A stretch of 64,000 nucleotides of DNA, taken from Callorhinchus milii. Its lineage: Eukaryota. The notes under the pieces are model-generated. The model saw only the letters and a list, made by a program, of their open reading frames with translations, did no database searches and was not told where the DNA came from. This document shows positions 63,001 through 64,000 of the stretch, piece after piece. Made by a program: the position numbers and the translations under genes. Location of the stretch: positions 133,116,001 through 133,180,000 of the forward strand of contig NW_024704742.1 in the NCBI RefSeq assembly GCF_018977255.1, in the 5' to 3' direction. The number at the start of each line of letters is the position of its first letter. Positions within the stretch are counted from its first letter, which is position 1.

Positions 63001-63119
63001 CATTATCATCATCATTAATTCACAGAACCGTGTCAATTACAGACCAAGGCTGCCACCCCCAAGGCTACTCACAGTTGCTGTGATAATTATCACAATCGAT
63101 CAAAGCAACAACGACGACT

Positions 63120-63410
63120 AATCTTACATTTGATACAGTGCCTTTCACATCGGAGGACAAGTCAAAGCGCTTCACAGGATTTACTGTAAAGTGCAGTGAC
63201 TGTATTATGTAGGTGAATGGGGCAGCCAATTTTCACAAAGCAATATCCCATAAAATAGCCATGAAATGAATGGTCGATTTTATCCAGCGGTATTGTTGGT
63301 GAAGACACCGGGAGAAATTCCCTCCTCTTATCGACTATTGCCGTGAGGTCTTTCACATCCATCTGAACAGGCAGCTAGGGTGTTGTTTTCATGTCCCATC
63401 CAAGGGTTAT
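63120..63410 (-). mobile_element. DeuSINE 3' part
   Basis: Reverse tail and GACACCGGGAGAAA..TCTTTCACATCCATCTGAACAGGCAG. Confidence 0.65.
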
Positions 63411-63702
63411 GATCAAAAGTAATCAATAATTATCAGATGGGTGGCAGGGAATTAATTCCAAGATCAGCATGTTTTGTTCAATCTGATCGGGGGTGAAATA
63501 ATTCTCACGTGGTATTAATGAGGGCAAATTAATGACTGAAGCGGGGTTATCAGGAAGAATCATGGAGGCCAGGTCCTGCTGGATTTATTTCATAAATAGC
63601 TTGCCAGTCTTGAAAGGAGACAACATACAGAGGTCTATAACATTATAAATGTGTTTGGAAAAGTAAACACAGAACAATACTCTCAGATGCACTGAGACAG
63701 TA

Positions 63703-64000
63703 GAACAACAACAGCAAGATTACATTTGTATAGCGCCTTTCACGTCAGGAGGACGTTGCAAGATACTGGACAGTGTACAGCATTTCGGACCTGAGCTGGG
63801 GTCAGGGAGGGAGAAGGGAGGGGAGGGGAAGGGGAGAGGCTGATGGCATGGTTGAAGAGGAAGGTTTTGAGGTGGGACTTGAAAGAGGTTAAGGAGGGGG
63901 CGAGGCGGAGTGATTGTGAGATGGAATTCCAGAGGTTGGAGGCAGAGTGGCTGAAGGCTCTCCCGCCAATGGTGGGGTGGGTGGGTCGGGGAACATGGAG
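63703..64000 (-). mobile_element. L2 3' end, tail A (runs off the window)
   Basis: Nearly collinear with 46927-47230. Confidence 0.88.

Noticed and set aside
40100..64000. Second protein-coding gene (e.g. ENHO) downstream
   Set aside because: No recognisable host-protein ORF; listed ORFs mostly map to SINE, L2 or CR1 frames. Tiny exons cannot be excluded by eye.

Overview
Vertebrate genomic DNA, most likely a cartilaginous fish (inferred from SacSINE1-like DeuSINEs and dense L2/CR1 relics). The window holds the 3' half of one + strand gene of the ciliary neurotrophic factor receptor alpha (CNTFR) family. Four phase-compatible coding exons (602-768, 3510-3673, 30279-30477, 31043-31160) encode the end of FNIII domain D2, domain D3 with WSEWS, a Ser/Thr stalk and a GPI-signal-like tail. 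The stop codon appears split (TG|A) across the last intron into a probable terminal exon from 36447, with a long 3' UTR (AATAAA at 40021). Against human CNTFR, recalled from memory, the protein has C154F, F199E and F238I equivalents, so it may be a divergent paralogue. The rest is mostly nested retroelements: tRNA-Ala-headed SINEs, DeuSINEs, two L2 tail types, CR1 3' ends and one Tx1-like end. There are also an unclassified ~600-bp dispersed repeat, several short fold-back elements and repeat-free islands that may be conserved enhancers. No prokaryotic-type system (CRISPR, operon) is present. Repeat boundaries are approximate, read by eye.
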